This document shows, one piece after another, positions 1-8,397 of a stretch of DNA of 64,000 bases. The stretch is from an uncultured Bacteroidales bacterium (GTDB lineage Bacteria; Bacteroidota; Bacteroidia; Bacteroidales; UBA1402). How positions within the stretch are numbered: the first letter of the stretch is position 1; each line of letters begins with the position of its first letter. A program made the position numbers and the translations under genes. Location of the stretch: contig CAYPLF010000002.1 in assembly GCA_964411555.1 (NCBI GenBank), positions 15,334 to 79,333 of the forward strand, given 5' to 3'. The notes below the pieces were generated by a model. The model ran no database searches. It was not told where the DNA came from and saw only the letters and a program-made list of their open reading frames with translations.

Positions 1-518
1 CCCCAACAGCAGCAGCTGAAAAATTGTTGGATACCTTGTTGGACAGGGCGGGAGAGTTGGATAACAAAGCTGAGCGGCTCATGCGGAGGGTGAATCAAGT
101 GCTGGAAACAGAGAAACTTGACTTGCACACCATGCCGGGCAGACTGGTCAGCCGGGTGCAGGATAGGCTCTTACAGGCTAAAATGAAGGTCGAGCAGACG
201 CGGTCGGGTCTTCGTGAACAGGCCGCCCATACCTTGATGCAAGGTCGGCAACAGAACACCCTGTTCGTTACCCGTCTTTCGTTGGCTTGCCGGACAGCAG
301 TTGCACACCAGACCATGCAGGTTAAGCTTTTGGAGCAATCGGTCAACTCTTTTTCTCCCTCGAAGATGCTCGAACGGGGATTTTCCCTTACCTTGCATCA
401 GGGCAAACCGCTACGGTCCGTCAAGGATTTGAAGGAAGGAACCACCGTGGAAACCCGGTTGGCTGACGGCCATTTTACCAGTACAGTACATTCCAAACAT
501 CAATACAATGAGCGATAA
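1..518 (+). CDS. xseA: Exodeoxyribonuclease VII large subunit, C-terminal part (5' end lies outside the window)
   Basis: Frame 3 is open from the window edge into ORF 24..518. The coiled-coil-rich tail ends ..LERGFSLT..GKPLRSVKDLKEGTTVETRLADGHF, typical of XseA C-termini. It overlaps the start of an xseB-like gene by 11 nt. Confidence 0.75.
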   Translation, partial: PTAAAEKLLDTLLDRAGELDNKAERLMRRVNQVLETEKLDLHTMPGRLVSRVQDRLLQAKMKVEQTRSGLREQAAHTLMQGRQQNTLFVTRLSLACRTAVAHQTMQVKLLEQSVNSFSPSKMLERGFSLTLHQGKPLRSVKDLKEGTTVETRLADGHFTSTVHSKHQYNER

Positions 519-717
519 GTCATTTTCGTACACAAAAGCCATGCAGGAAGTGGAACAAATCCTTTCAGACCTGGAGAAGGACAATCCCGATGTCGACGTG
601 ATGAGCCAGCAGGTGAAACGTGCGGTCGATTTGCTGCAGGCATGCAAGGATAAATTGTACAGTACCGATGAGGAAATCAAGCGTGTCTTTGAACAATTAA
701 ATGCCCAAAACAAATGA
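508..717 (+). CDS. xseB: Exodeoxyribonuclease VII small subunit
   Basis: A 69-aa helical protein with FSYTKAMQEVEQILSDLE...VDLLQACKDKL, the XseB pattern. It is coupled to xseA. Confidence 0.85.
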   Translation: MSDKSFSYTKAMQEVEQILSDLEKDNPDVDVMSQQVKRAVDLLQACKDKLYSTDEEIKRVFEQLNAQNK

Positions 718-1403
718 ACAACTGGCAGGCGGCCGTCAAACGTACGGCATTGATCATGGCGGGCGGAAAAGGGCTCAGGATGGGATCATCCCTTCCCAAG
801 CAATTTTTGCTGCTGAACGACAAGCCGGTGCTGATGCATACCCTGTCCACGTTTTACTCCCTGGATCCGGATATCCGCTTGATCCTGGTGCTGCCGGAAG
901 ACCAAAAAGCTTACTGGTCAAGTTTGTGCCGTGAATATGGTTTTTCCGTACCCCATGAGCTGGTTACCGGTGGACGCAGCCGGTTTGAATCAGTTCGGAA
1001 CGGACTGGCTGTTGCCGGAGAGGAAGGATTGATCGCTATTCATGACGGGGTGCGCCCGTTGGTAACTTCAGACCTTATCCTGCGTTGTTTCGAAGCGGCT
1101 CAACGCTATGGGGCTGTCATTCCTGTGACTCCTGTGATTGAAAGTCTCCGCTTGTTGGAGGCAGATGGTAGCCACGTGGTCGATCGGGAAGATTATCGGT
1201 TGGTTCAGACTCCCCAGACATTTCAGGCCGGGTTGATCCAACGTGCGTATCGTGAATCAACAAGCACCGATTTTACCGATGATGCCTCCGTGGCTCAAGC
1301 TGCAGGCTGGCCCATCCATCTTGTGGAAGGAGAGCGGCGCAATCTGAAAATTACTGAAGCAGCCGATTTGCAACTGGCTGCCTGGTACCTTAACAATCGT
1401 TAG
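714..1403 (+). CDS. ispD: 2-C-methyl-D-erythritol 4-phosphate cytidylyltransferase
   Basis: N-terminal ALIMAGGKGLRMGSSLPKQFL nucleotidyltransferase motif and ..VQTPQTF.. IspD signature. There is a 4-nt overlap with xseB. Confidence 0.9.
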   Translation: MNNWQAAVKRTALIMAGGKGLRMGSSLPKQFLLLNDKPVLMHTLSTFYSLDPDIRLILVLPEDQKAYWSSLCREYGFSVPHELVTGGRSRFESVRNGLAVAGEEGLIAIHDGVRPLVTSDLILRCFEAAQRYGAVIPVTPVIESLRLLEADGSHVVDREDYRLVQTPQTFQAGLIQRAYRESTSTDFTDDASVAQAAGWPIHLVEGERRNLKITEAADLQLAAWYLNNR

Positions 1404-1405
1404 TT

Positions 1406-3505
1406 GTGTTAGACCTGGCTGGCAAGGAAGTCAAATTCATTCCCGGTGTGGGGCCTGCCCGCGCGGAATGTCTGAAAAAGGAACTTGGCGTATTGAGTCA
1501 GGAAGATTTGCTGTATTGTTTTCCTTACAAATACATTGACCGGACCCGGTTGAACCACATCAATGAGTTGACCGCTGAACCTGTGTATGTTCAACTCAAA
1601 GGCCGTTTTCTCTCGTTTGAGTTGCTGGGAGTGGGGCGCTCCAAACGGTTAAAGGCCTTGTTTACCGATGGGACCGGGACCATAGAAATAGTGTGGTTCA
1701 AAGGTATCAAGTATGTGGAAGGTAAGTTCAGACCCAGCGAAACCTACCTTATTTTTGGAAAGACTTCAGTGTTCAACCATCAATTGTCCATGGCACATCC
1801 TGATGTGGAAACCGTGAACGAATCGACCACGGTTTATAAAGCCGGCCTTCAGCCGTTTTATTCCACGACCGAGGCAATGAAGACACATCAACTGAACTCA
1901 AAGGCCCTCCACACCATTATCTCCAACCTGATCCGGACTATTCAGGAGCCATTGCCGGAGACCCTTCCTCAACGTCTGGTCACGCAACAAAAATTGATGC
2001 CCTTTCATGAGGCAATGATGCAAATGCACATGCCCACGAATCAAAAATTGCTCAAACAAGCTCAGTACAGACTCACGTTCGAGGAACTGTTTTATCTGCA
2101 GTTGCACATCTTCCGTTACACCAGGGAGCGGGAACGAAAATACAAAGGATTTCCTTTCGACCGGGTAGGTGATTGTTTCAATACCTTTTATCACGACTAC
2201 CTCCCTTTCTCCTTGACCAACGCACAAAAGAAAGTACTCAAGGAAATACGGAACGATTTGGCGAGGCCAAGGCAGATGAACCGGTTGTTGCAAGGAGATG
2301 TGGGCAGCGGAAAAACGTTGGTGGCGTTGATGACCATGTTGATTGCCGCAGACAACGGCTTTCAGTCCACCATCATGGCTCCCACGGAAATATTAGCCAA
2401 CCAGCACTACGAGACCATTCGTCAGTTGTTGGGAAATATGGATATTCAGGTGGGACTGCTGACAGGTTCTACAAAACCAAAAGACAGAAAAGTACTCCAC
2501 GAGGCGCTTCAATCCGGAACGCTCCAATTACTCATCGGCACCCATGCATTGATTGAAGAAACGGTGCAATTTAAGAATCTGGGTTTGGTCATCATCGATG
2601 AACAACATCGATTTGGGGTGGAACAGCGATCAAAGTTGTGGCGGAAGAACCACATGCCTCCCCATGTGTTGGTCATGACGGCTACCCCCATTCCCCGAAC
2701 GTTGGCCATGACGGTATACGGAGACCTCGATGTTTCCGTCATCGATGAATTACCACCTGGACGAAAGCCCATCAAAACGGTTCACCAGTTTGACAACAGA
2801 CGGGCTCCTTTGTATGCATTTATGCGGGAACAACTTCAGGCAGGCCGTCAGATTTATGTGGTGTATCCTCTCATTCAGGAATCCGAAAAAATGGACTATA
2901 AGAACCTGGAGGAAGGAATGATACACTTGCAGGAAGTCTTTCCCAACGTGTCCATCGGCATGGTTCACGGAAAACTGAAGGCCGCAGAAAAGGACCAACA
3001 GATGCAAGCCTTTGTGAATGGCAAGACGCGTATGTTGGTGGCAACAACCGTAATAGAGGTTGGGGTAAACGTGCCCAATGCAAGTGTCATGTTGATTGAG
3101 AGTGCTGAACGATTCGGCCTTTCTCAACTTCATCAATTGAGGGGGCGTGTAGGCAGAGGAAGTGAACAATCCTATTGCATGTTGGTTACCTCGTACAAAT
3201 TATCGGAAGATAGTCGCAAGCGCATTGAAATCATGTGTTCCACCAACGATGGGTTCGAAATTGCTGAAGCTGACTTGAAGCTGAGGGGGCCGGGAGATTT
3301 GGAAGGGACGCAGCAGAGTGGGATACCTTTCGATTTAAAGATTGCCAATTTGGCTAGAGATCAGCAGATTACAGAGTACGTCAGGGAACTGGCCAAACAA
3401 ATTTTATCAGTCGATCCAGACCTGCAGGAACAGGGCAATCAGGTGCTGTTGGCGCAACTGAAGAAACGGTTTTCGCACACCATCAACTGGGGGGTAATCA
3501 GTTAA
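1406..3505 (+). CDS. recG: ATP-dependent DNA helicase RecG
   Basis: 699 aa with a GTG start. It has an N-terminal wedge/OB region, Walker A GDVGSGKT, DEQHRFG (DEAH-type) and the QLHQLRGRVGRG motif VI. Confidence 0.93.
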   Translation: MLDLAGKEVKFIPGVGPARAECLKKELGVLSQEDLLYCFPYKYIDRTRLNHINELTAEPVYVQLKGRFLSFELLGVGRSKRLKALFTDGTGTIEIVWFKGIKYVEGKFRPSETYLIFGKTSVFNHQLSMAHPDVETVNESTTVYKAGLQPFYSTTEAMKTHQLNSKALHTIISNLIRTIQEPLPETLPQRLVTQQKLMPFHEAMMQMHMPTNQKLLKQAQYRLTFEELFYLQLHIFRYTRERERKYKGFPFDRVGDCFNTFYHDYLPFSLTNAQKKVLKEIRNDLARPRQMNRLLQGDVGSGKTLVALMTMLIAADNGFQSTIMAPTEILANQHYETIRQLLGNMDIQVGLLTGSTKPKDRKVLHEALQSGTLQLLIGTHALIEETVQFKNLGLVIIDEQHRFGVEQRSKLWRKNHMPPHVLVMTATPIPRTLAMTVYGDLDVSVIDELPPGRKPIKTVHQFDNRRAPLYAFMREQLQAGRQIYVVYPLIQESEKMDYKNLEEGMIHLQEVFPNVSIGMVHGKLKAAEKDQQMQAFVNGKTRMLVATTVIEVGVNVPNASVMLIESAERFGLSQLHQLRGRVGRGSEQSYCMLVTSYKLSEDSRKRIEIMCSTNDGFEIAEADLKLRGPGDLEGTQQSGIPFDLKIANLARDQQITEYVRELAKQILSVDPDLQEQGNQVLLAQLKKRFSHTINWGVIS

Positions 3506-3554
3506 TGAAACCAAAAAAATCAGAACGGATGCTTGCTTTTTCAACTTTTCCTTT

Positions 3555-3562
3555 TATCTTTG
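3555..3562 (+). promoter_or_regulatory. Bacteroidota -7 promoter box (TATCTTTG, matches TAnnTTTG)
   Basis: Exact match to TAnnTTTG about 55 nt upstream of the M23 peptidase start. Confidence 0.45.
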
Positions 3563-3614
3563 GCAACAAAGGTTATCTCATTCTTAAGAAGATACCATAA
3601 AAAACGCTTTTTTC

Positions 3615-4511
3615 GTGATGCATTGTAGAGGAATTCTTGTTTTATTGTTGCTGCTGAATCTAATACCGGTATCCGCGCAGACACGCTACGCGGCCAACAT
3701 ATCGTATGATAAGCGGCATGCCTTGTTGGATTCCGTCATTATGAACGACCTGATGCTTGAAGAGGATGAATCAGGTGATATTTACGAAGATCTTTACGAA
3801 AACTGGAGTGATTCCAAAGTAAATCCTTACGGCGTTGACCTTGCCAACATGAAGGACAGCTTCGCCATTGACTGCCGCAGCTATTACCCACCCACGCTGG
3901 GTCATGTTACCTCGAACTTTGGGCCTCGTGGGCGCAAATTTCACAATGGGATAGACCTGAAAGTAAAAGTGGGCGATACCATTCGTGCAGCCTTTTCAGG
4001 TAGGATAAGGGTAAGACGTTATAATAGAGGTGGTTATGGTTATTTTCTGGTAATACGCCATAAAGACGGTCTTGAGACCATTTACGGGCATCTGTCAAAA
4101 TTCCTCGTCGCATCCAATCAGGAAGTCAAGGCTGGTCAGCCAATAGCTTTGGGTGGAAACACCGGTCGTTCAACAGGTTCGCACTTGCATTTTGAGGTAC
4201 GCGTGGTGGGAAATCCTATCAATCCGGCCAAAATGTTCAGTTTCACCGACTATTTACCGCTGGAAAAATACTACTATGTAGTCAAAGATAGGACCTTTGA
4301 GGAACGCATGCGTTATTCGGGCAACTACACGGTGGGTAAGGCGGGTTCAGCCGATAAATATTCCAGCCTGTCGTATTATACAGTCAAAAAAGGGGACAAT
4401 TTGAGTCAAATAGCCAAGAAAAACGGTATTTCCGTTTCAACATTGTGTAAGCTGAACAACATTAAGCAAAATGCGTTGATAAAGCCTGGCCAACGACTGA
4501 GATTGTCTTGA
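3615..4511 (+). CDS. M23 family metallopeptidase with C-terminal LysM domain
   Basis: Signal peptide, then HNGIDL...GHLSKF...GNTGRSTGSHLHFEV (M23 HxxxD / HxH motifs). The C-terminal YYTVKKGDNLSQIAKKNGISVSTLCKLNNI is a LysM domain. ATG at 3618 is an alternative start. Confidence 0.85.
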   Translation: MMHCRGILVLLLLLNLIPVSAQTRYAANISYDKRHALLDSVIMNDLMLEEDESGDIYEDLYENWSDSKVNPYGVDLANMKDSFAIDCRSYYPPTLGHVTSNFGPRGRKFHNGIDLKVKVGDTIRAAFSGRIRVRRYNRGGYGYFLVIRHKDGLETIYGHLSKFLVASNQEVKAGQPIALGGNTGRSTGSHLHFEVRVVGNPINPAKMFSFTDYLPLEKYYYVVKDRTFEERMRYSGNYTVGKAGSADKYSSLSYYTVKKGDNLSQIAKKNGISVSTLCKLNNIKQNALIKPGQRLRLS

Positions 4512-4530
4512 TTATCCCTGTAATTAGTGT

Positions 4531-4538
4531 TATTTTTG
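4531..4538 (+). promoter_or_regulatory. Bacteroidota -7 promoter box (TATTTTTG)
   Basis: TAnnTTTG match 26 nt upstream of the 4564 start. Confidence 0.45.
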
Positions 4539-4563
4539 TGGCCGAAACAAGCACCTGAACGTT

Positions 4564-5106
4564 ATGGCCAAAACAAGTACCCAATTTGATGCCGTTGTGG
4601 CTCATTGTCGTACCATCTTTACTCACAAGTTGCACGATTATGGAGCTGCCTGGCGTATCCTACGCCCTTCTTCCGTTACCGATCAAATTTTTATCAAAGC
4701 AAACAGGGTAAGGTGCCTTGAAGTGAAGGGCGAATCGACCATTCCCGAAGGAATACGCTCCGAATTCATGGGTATTGTCAATTATAGTGCCATTGGACTA
4801 ATCCAATTGGAAAAAGGCCACACCGACCAGGTTGATATGACCCCCGAAGAAGCGCTGACCTTGTACGATGAAAAAATCCAACTGGCCAAATCGCTGATGA
4901 TTGATAAAAACTCCGATTACGATGAAGCATGGCGCAGCATGCGCATTGAATCGTACACCGATTTGATCCTGATGAAACTCAACCGTACCAAGCAAATTGA
5001 AGACTTGTACGGAAAAACCTTGATTTCAGAAGGGATAGATGCGAATTACCTGGATATAATGAATTATGCCATTTTTGGATTGATTCGGTTGGAATTCGAC
5101 AAATAA
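4564..5106 (+). CDS. DUF1599-like protein (internally duplicated helical domain)
   Basis: Two repeats of the same motif are present: HDYGAAWRILRPSSVTDQIFIKANRV and DYDEAWRSMRIESYTDLILMKLNRT. Size and sequence match my recollection of DUF1599 proteins found next to tpiA in Bacteroidota. Confidence 0.6.
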   Translation: MAKTSTQFDAVVAHCRTIFTHKLHDYGAAWRILRPSSVTDQIFIKANRVRCLEVKGESTIPEGIRSEFMGIVNYSAIGLIQLEKGHTDQVDMTPEEALTLYDEKIQLAKSLMIDKNSDYDEAWRSMRIESYTDLILMKLNRTKQIEDLYGKTLISEGIDANYLDIMNYAIFGLIRLEFDK

Positions 5107-5109
5107 AGG

Positions 5110-6393
5110 ATGAAGCCCATAAACAAAACAGTGCTCAAGTACGGATTGCCCGTTGTTCAGATCTTATTGGGTCTTACATTCCTGTTTTCCGGTTTTGTCA
5201 AGGTTATAGACCCGGTCGGTTCCTTCATTAAGGTGGAGGATTACCTGATTGCGTTTGGCATCAGCCTTCCACGCTTGTTGCACTACATACTGGCCGTGGG
5301 TCAGGGTTTGTTGGAATTTGCTCTGGGTGCTTGTGTGTTGTTGGGGCTTTGGAAAAAAGAAACTGCCTGGACAATGGCTGTATTCATGGGTGTCATGACG
5401 GTTTTCACCCTATACCTGGCACTTGCCAATCCCGTATCCGATTGTGGTTGTTTTGGAGATGCCATCAAACTGACCAACTGGGAGACATTTGGTAAAAATA
5501 TACTGCTTTTGCTTTTTTCATCCATCCTGTTGCGTTTTCACGACAAGACGCCTGTTTTGTACGGTAGACGTACCAGTCGCTGGTGTTTATATTGGTCGTT
5601 GCTGTTTCCTTTACTCTTGTCCATCTATGCATACAGGCATCAGCCTGTTTTCGATTTTATGCCCTTTAAGGTAGGTAATGATTTGAAGGCGTTGACTGCT
5701 TCTACACCCGATTCGATAGATTATCAGTTTATCTACGAAAAAGAGGGGGTCCAAAAGGTGTATGGAATTGACAACCTGCCCACTACAAACGATGGATGGA
5801 AGTATGTGGACCGCACCGAAGTGGTGGTAAAAAAAGGGAAGGAACCGGTGATTGACAACCTGTCAATCATTCATCCCACACTGGGTGATATTACCCATCG
5901 ACTATTGAGCGATACCTCGTATGTGTTTTTATACATCTCACCTGCGTTGGAATATGCAAACAGGAGCTATATGGATGAGATAAACCAAGCATATGACTAC
6001 GCTACTCAATTCAACTTTGCATTTTACGGCTTGACCGCTTCAGGTAAAGATGCTATTGAGGATTGGCGATACGAATATGAATCGAGGTTTGATTTTTGTG
6101 CTGCCGATGATCGATTGCTTAGAAGTATGACGCGGAGCAATCCCGGGTTGATGTTATTGAAAAACGGCGTAGTAGTACGCAAGTGGGCATTCAGGGATAT
6201 TCCGGACTTCAACCGTCTTGATAGGCCGCTGAGCGCATCCAGGTTGGGGGGACAGCAATCAAGACAGGGTATTCGAGTGCTGGGTTTGATGATACTGGTG
6301 TTTGCTTTTCCCCTTATCTATTTTCACCAACTGCATACCGGCAAGTTGGCCAAATGGACGCACAAACGCGTCACCAACAATGAAACTGTTTAA
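5110..6393 (+). CDS. MauE/DoxX-like membrane protein fused to a thioredoxin-fold-like domain (BT_3928-type)
   Basis: The N-terminal half has 4-5 hydrophobic helices and the SDCGCFGD motif typical of MauE/DoxX. The C-terminal soluble part has a Trx-like strand pattern (VFLYISP.., PGLMLLKNGVVVRKW) but no CXXC. A final TM helix follows. Confidence 0.6.
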   Translation: MKPINKTVLKYGLPVVQILLGLTFLFSGFVKVIDPVGSFIKVEDYLIAFGISLPRLLHYILAVGQGLLEFALGACVLLGLWKKETAWTMAVFMGVMTVFTLYLALANPVSDCGCFGDAIKLTNWETFGKNILLLLFSSILLRFHDKTPVLYGRRTSRWCLYWSLLFPLLLSIYAYRHQPVFDFMPFKVGNDLKALTASTPDSIDYQFIYEKEGVQKVYGIDNLPTTNDGWKYVDRTEVVVKKGKEPVIDNLSIIHPTLGDITHRLLSDTSYVFLYISPALEYANRSYMDEINQAYDYATQFNFAFYGLTASGKDAIEDWRYEYESRFDFCAADDRLLRSMTRSNPGLMLLKNGVVVRKWAFRDIPDFNRLDRPLSASRLGGQQSRQGIRVLGLMILVFAFPLIYFHQLHTGKLAKWTHKRVTNNETV

Positions 6394-6411
6394 TTTTATC
6401 CCAATAATTCA

Positions 6412-7173
6412 ATGAGAAAGAACATTGTCGCAGGCAACTGGAAAATGAACAAGACCCTGCAAGAGGGCATCGCCCTGGCTACTGAGCTCAATCAACTCCT
6501 GGCCAACAAATCAACCAATTGTGACGTCATAATTGGCACGCCGTTTATCCACCTGGCATCAGTAAACGCTGTTGTTGATTCTGGCAAGCTTGGTGTTGCT
6601 GCCCAAAATTGTGCCGACCACGTTTCGGGAGCCTATACGGGAGAAGTTTCTGCCGCCATGGTGAAATCAACCGGGGCTCAATATGTCATCCTTGGCCACT
6701 CCGAACGCCGTGCCTATTACGGTGAAACCAATGAAATGCTGAAAACAAAAGTGGGTTTGGCCCTCGAGAACGGGTTGACCCCTATTTTTTGCATTGGTGA
6801 AGTGTTGGAAGAACGCGAAGCTGGCAAGCAATTTCAAGTGGTTGAAACTCAAATCAAGGAATCACTGTTTGAATTAAGTGCAGCCGATTTCGGTAAGCTA
6901 GTGCTGGCGTATGAACCGGTTTGGGCCATTGGTACCGGTAAGACGGCCACAACGGAACAAGCTCAGGAAATCCATGCGTACATCCGCGGTATCATCAAGG
7001 CTCAATACGGCGCCGAAGTGGCTGAAAACTGCTCCATCCTGTATGGTGGCAGCTGCAACGCCAAGAACGCCAAAGAATTATTTGCCAATCCCGATGTGGA
7101 TGGTGGTTTGATTGGTGGTGCATCCCTCAAGGCCGAAGACTTTATGGGTGTAATAGCAGGCTTTGACCTATAA
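6412..7173 (+). CDS. tpiA: Triose-phosphate isomerase
   Basis: [26 protein letters not shown] and GGASL motifs. Confidence 0.95.
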   Translation: MRKNIVAGNWKMNKTLQEGIALATELNQLLANKSTNCDVIIGTPFIHLASVNAVVDSGKLGVAAQNCADHVSGAYTGEVSAAMVKSTGAQYVILGHSERRAYYGETNEMLKTKVGLALENGLTPIFCIGEVLEEREAGKQFQVVETQIKESLFELSAADFGKLVLAYEPVWAIGTGKTATTEQAQEIHAYIRGIIKAQYGAEVAENCSILYGGSCNAKNAKELFANPDVDGGLIGGASLKAEDFMGVIAGFDL

Positions 7174-7190
7174 AAAGGATTCCATCTCAT

Positions 7191-7235
7191 AAAAAAGGAT
7201 GCCATCCCTTTAAAAAGGATGGCATCCTTTTTTTA
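7191..7235. terminator. Bidirectional intrinsic terminator between convergent genes
   Basis: Perfect 12-bp stem AGGATGCCATCC (7196-7207) / GGATGGCATCCT (7217-7228), flanked by an A-run on the left and a T-run on the right. Confidence 0.8.
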
Positions 7236-8360
7236 TTACAGATTGATGCTTATCCCGGTAGACAAAGTCAACGGGGTTGCTGTTTGATAGCGGAGCGCCC
7301 TGGTGTAAATTTGGGCACTCGCATAATGGAATGAGCAGGAAACCGAGAGCCATTTGATGGGGGTATAATTCAAACCAAGCGAAGGACCCAAAATGAACCA
7401 GGTGTCGTTGTTGTTTAGGAATGTCTGAAAATCAACGCCTACAACTGGTTGTAAGTTGTTCTTGGAAAAGCGGTAACTTAAATTGGCAGGAATCAGTAAC
7501 ATGTAGGCGAAGTTACGGTGATATTGAGGTGTCGAACTGTTTAAGCCACCTAATTTTGTGGTTATACTAAATGTGGGCAAATAAGCCCCCATTGTGAAAT
7601 AAAATCCGTTGCGTTTTTCGCGTGGTCCTTTCGTTACCGACAGACCACAAAATACATCGGTTAATTGATCATCCACGTATAAGAGATTTGGAATCATCAA
7701 GCTGGGAGAAAGGGAAATGCCCACTTGTTTATTGGGTTCGGCAACAGGCGAAGTCAGTATTGCCGACGTTGTTTTGGCCGATTTGTCAAACTTACGGTTG
7801 TACTTTCCTATTAATTCCGAAAGTAAGTATGGGGTAGGATTATCCATGCGTTCTATATCAAGCATCAATTCGGGAGCATTCACCATGGCCTTTTTCAGAA
7901 AAGCGATATAATCGGACTTGAAGGGGAACAGTTTGTTTTTATCCCAATCATACATCAAATCGACCAAATCCGCTTCAGTTTTACTCACATAAAATTGATT
8001 GTTCAACAAGACATCGAACGTATAGTACAGGTTCAGACGTCCCTGTTGCAATACTTCCAAGAACAGGCGTTTTTCTTTAAAGAAGTAAGGAACGGTAGCG
8101 CTGATGAATCGTCTGGTCATATCAACAGTTGAAAAACTTTTCAACTCATCCGGTGAATACCGGGTCACTTTTCCGGTCTCGGTCGATTTGAACCGACAGT
8201 GGTGCTTCATGGCTTGCGGGCTGTCCATGTCCACTTCTCCGTGCAGGGTATCTCCTTCAACGGTGACAACGTATCCCGGTTGGAAGGCGCCTTGTGCGGG
8301 CAAACAAAGAGTGAATGTCCCTACAATGGCAAGACACAGGTGTGCAAATGAACGTTTCAT
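7236..8360 (-). CDS. Hypothetical secreted / outer-membrane protein
   Basis: Signal peptide MKRSFAHLCLAIVGTFTLCLPAQG. The C-terminal third has alternating-hydrophobic beta-strand-like segments ending in an aromatic-rich tail. No family recognised. Confidence 0.5.
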   Translation of the reverse strand: MKRSFAHLCLAIVGTFTLCLPAQGAFQPGYVVTVEGDTLHGEVDMDSPQAMKHHCRFKSTETGKVTRYSPDELKSFSTVDMTRRFISATVPYFFKEKRLFLEVLQQGRLNLYYTFDVLLNNQFYVSKTEADLVDLMYDWDKNKLFPFKSDYIAFLKKAMVNAPELMLDIERMDNPTPYLLSELIGKYNRKFDKSAKTTSAILTSPVAEPNKQVGISLSPSLMIPNLLYVDDQLTDVFCGLSVTKGPREKRNGFYFTMGAYLPTFSITTKLGGLNSSTPQYHRNFAYMLLIPANLSYRFSKNNLQPVVGVDFQTFLNNNDTWFILGPSLGLNYTPIKWLSVSCSFHYASAQIYTRALRYQTATPLTLSTGISINL

Positions 8361-8397
8361 GTATGGATGCGGTTTAGTTGAGGCTAAGGTACATATT

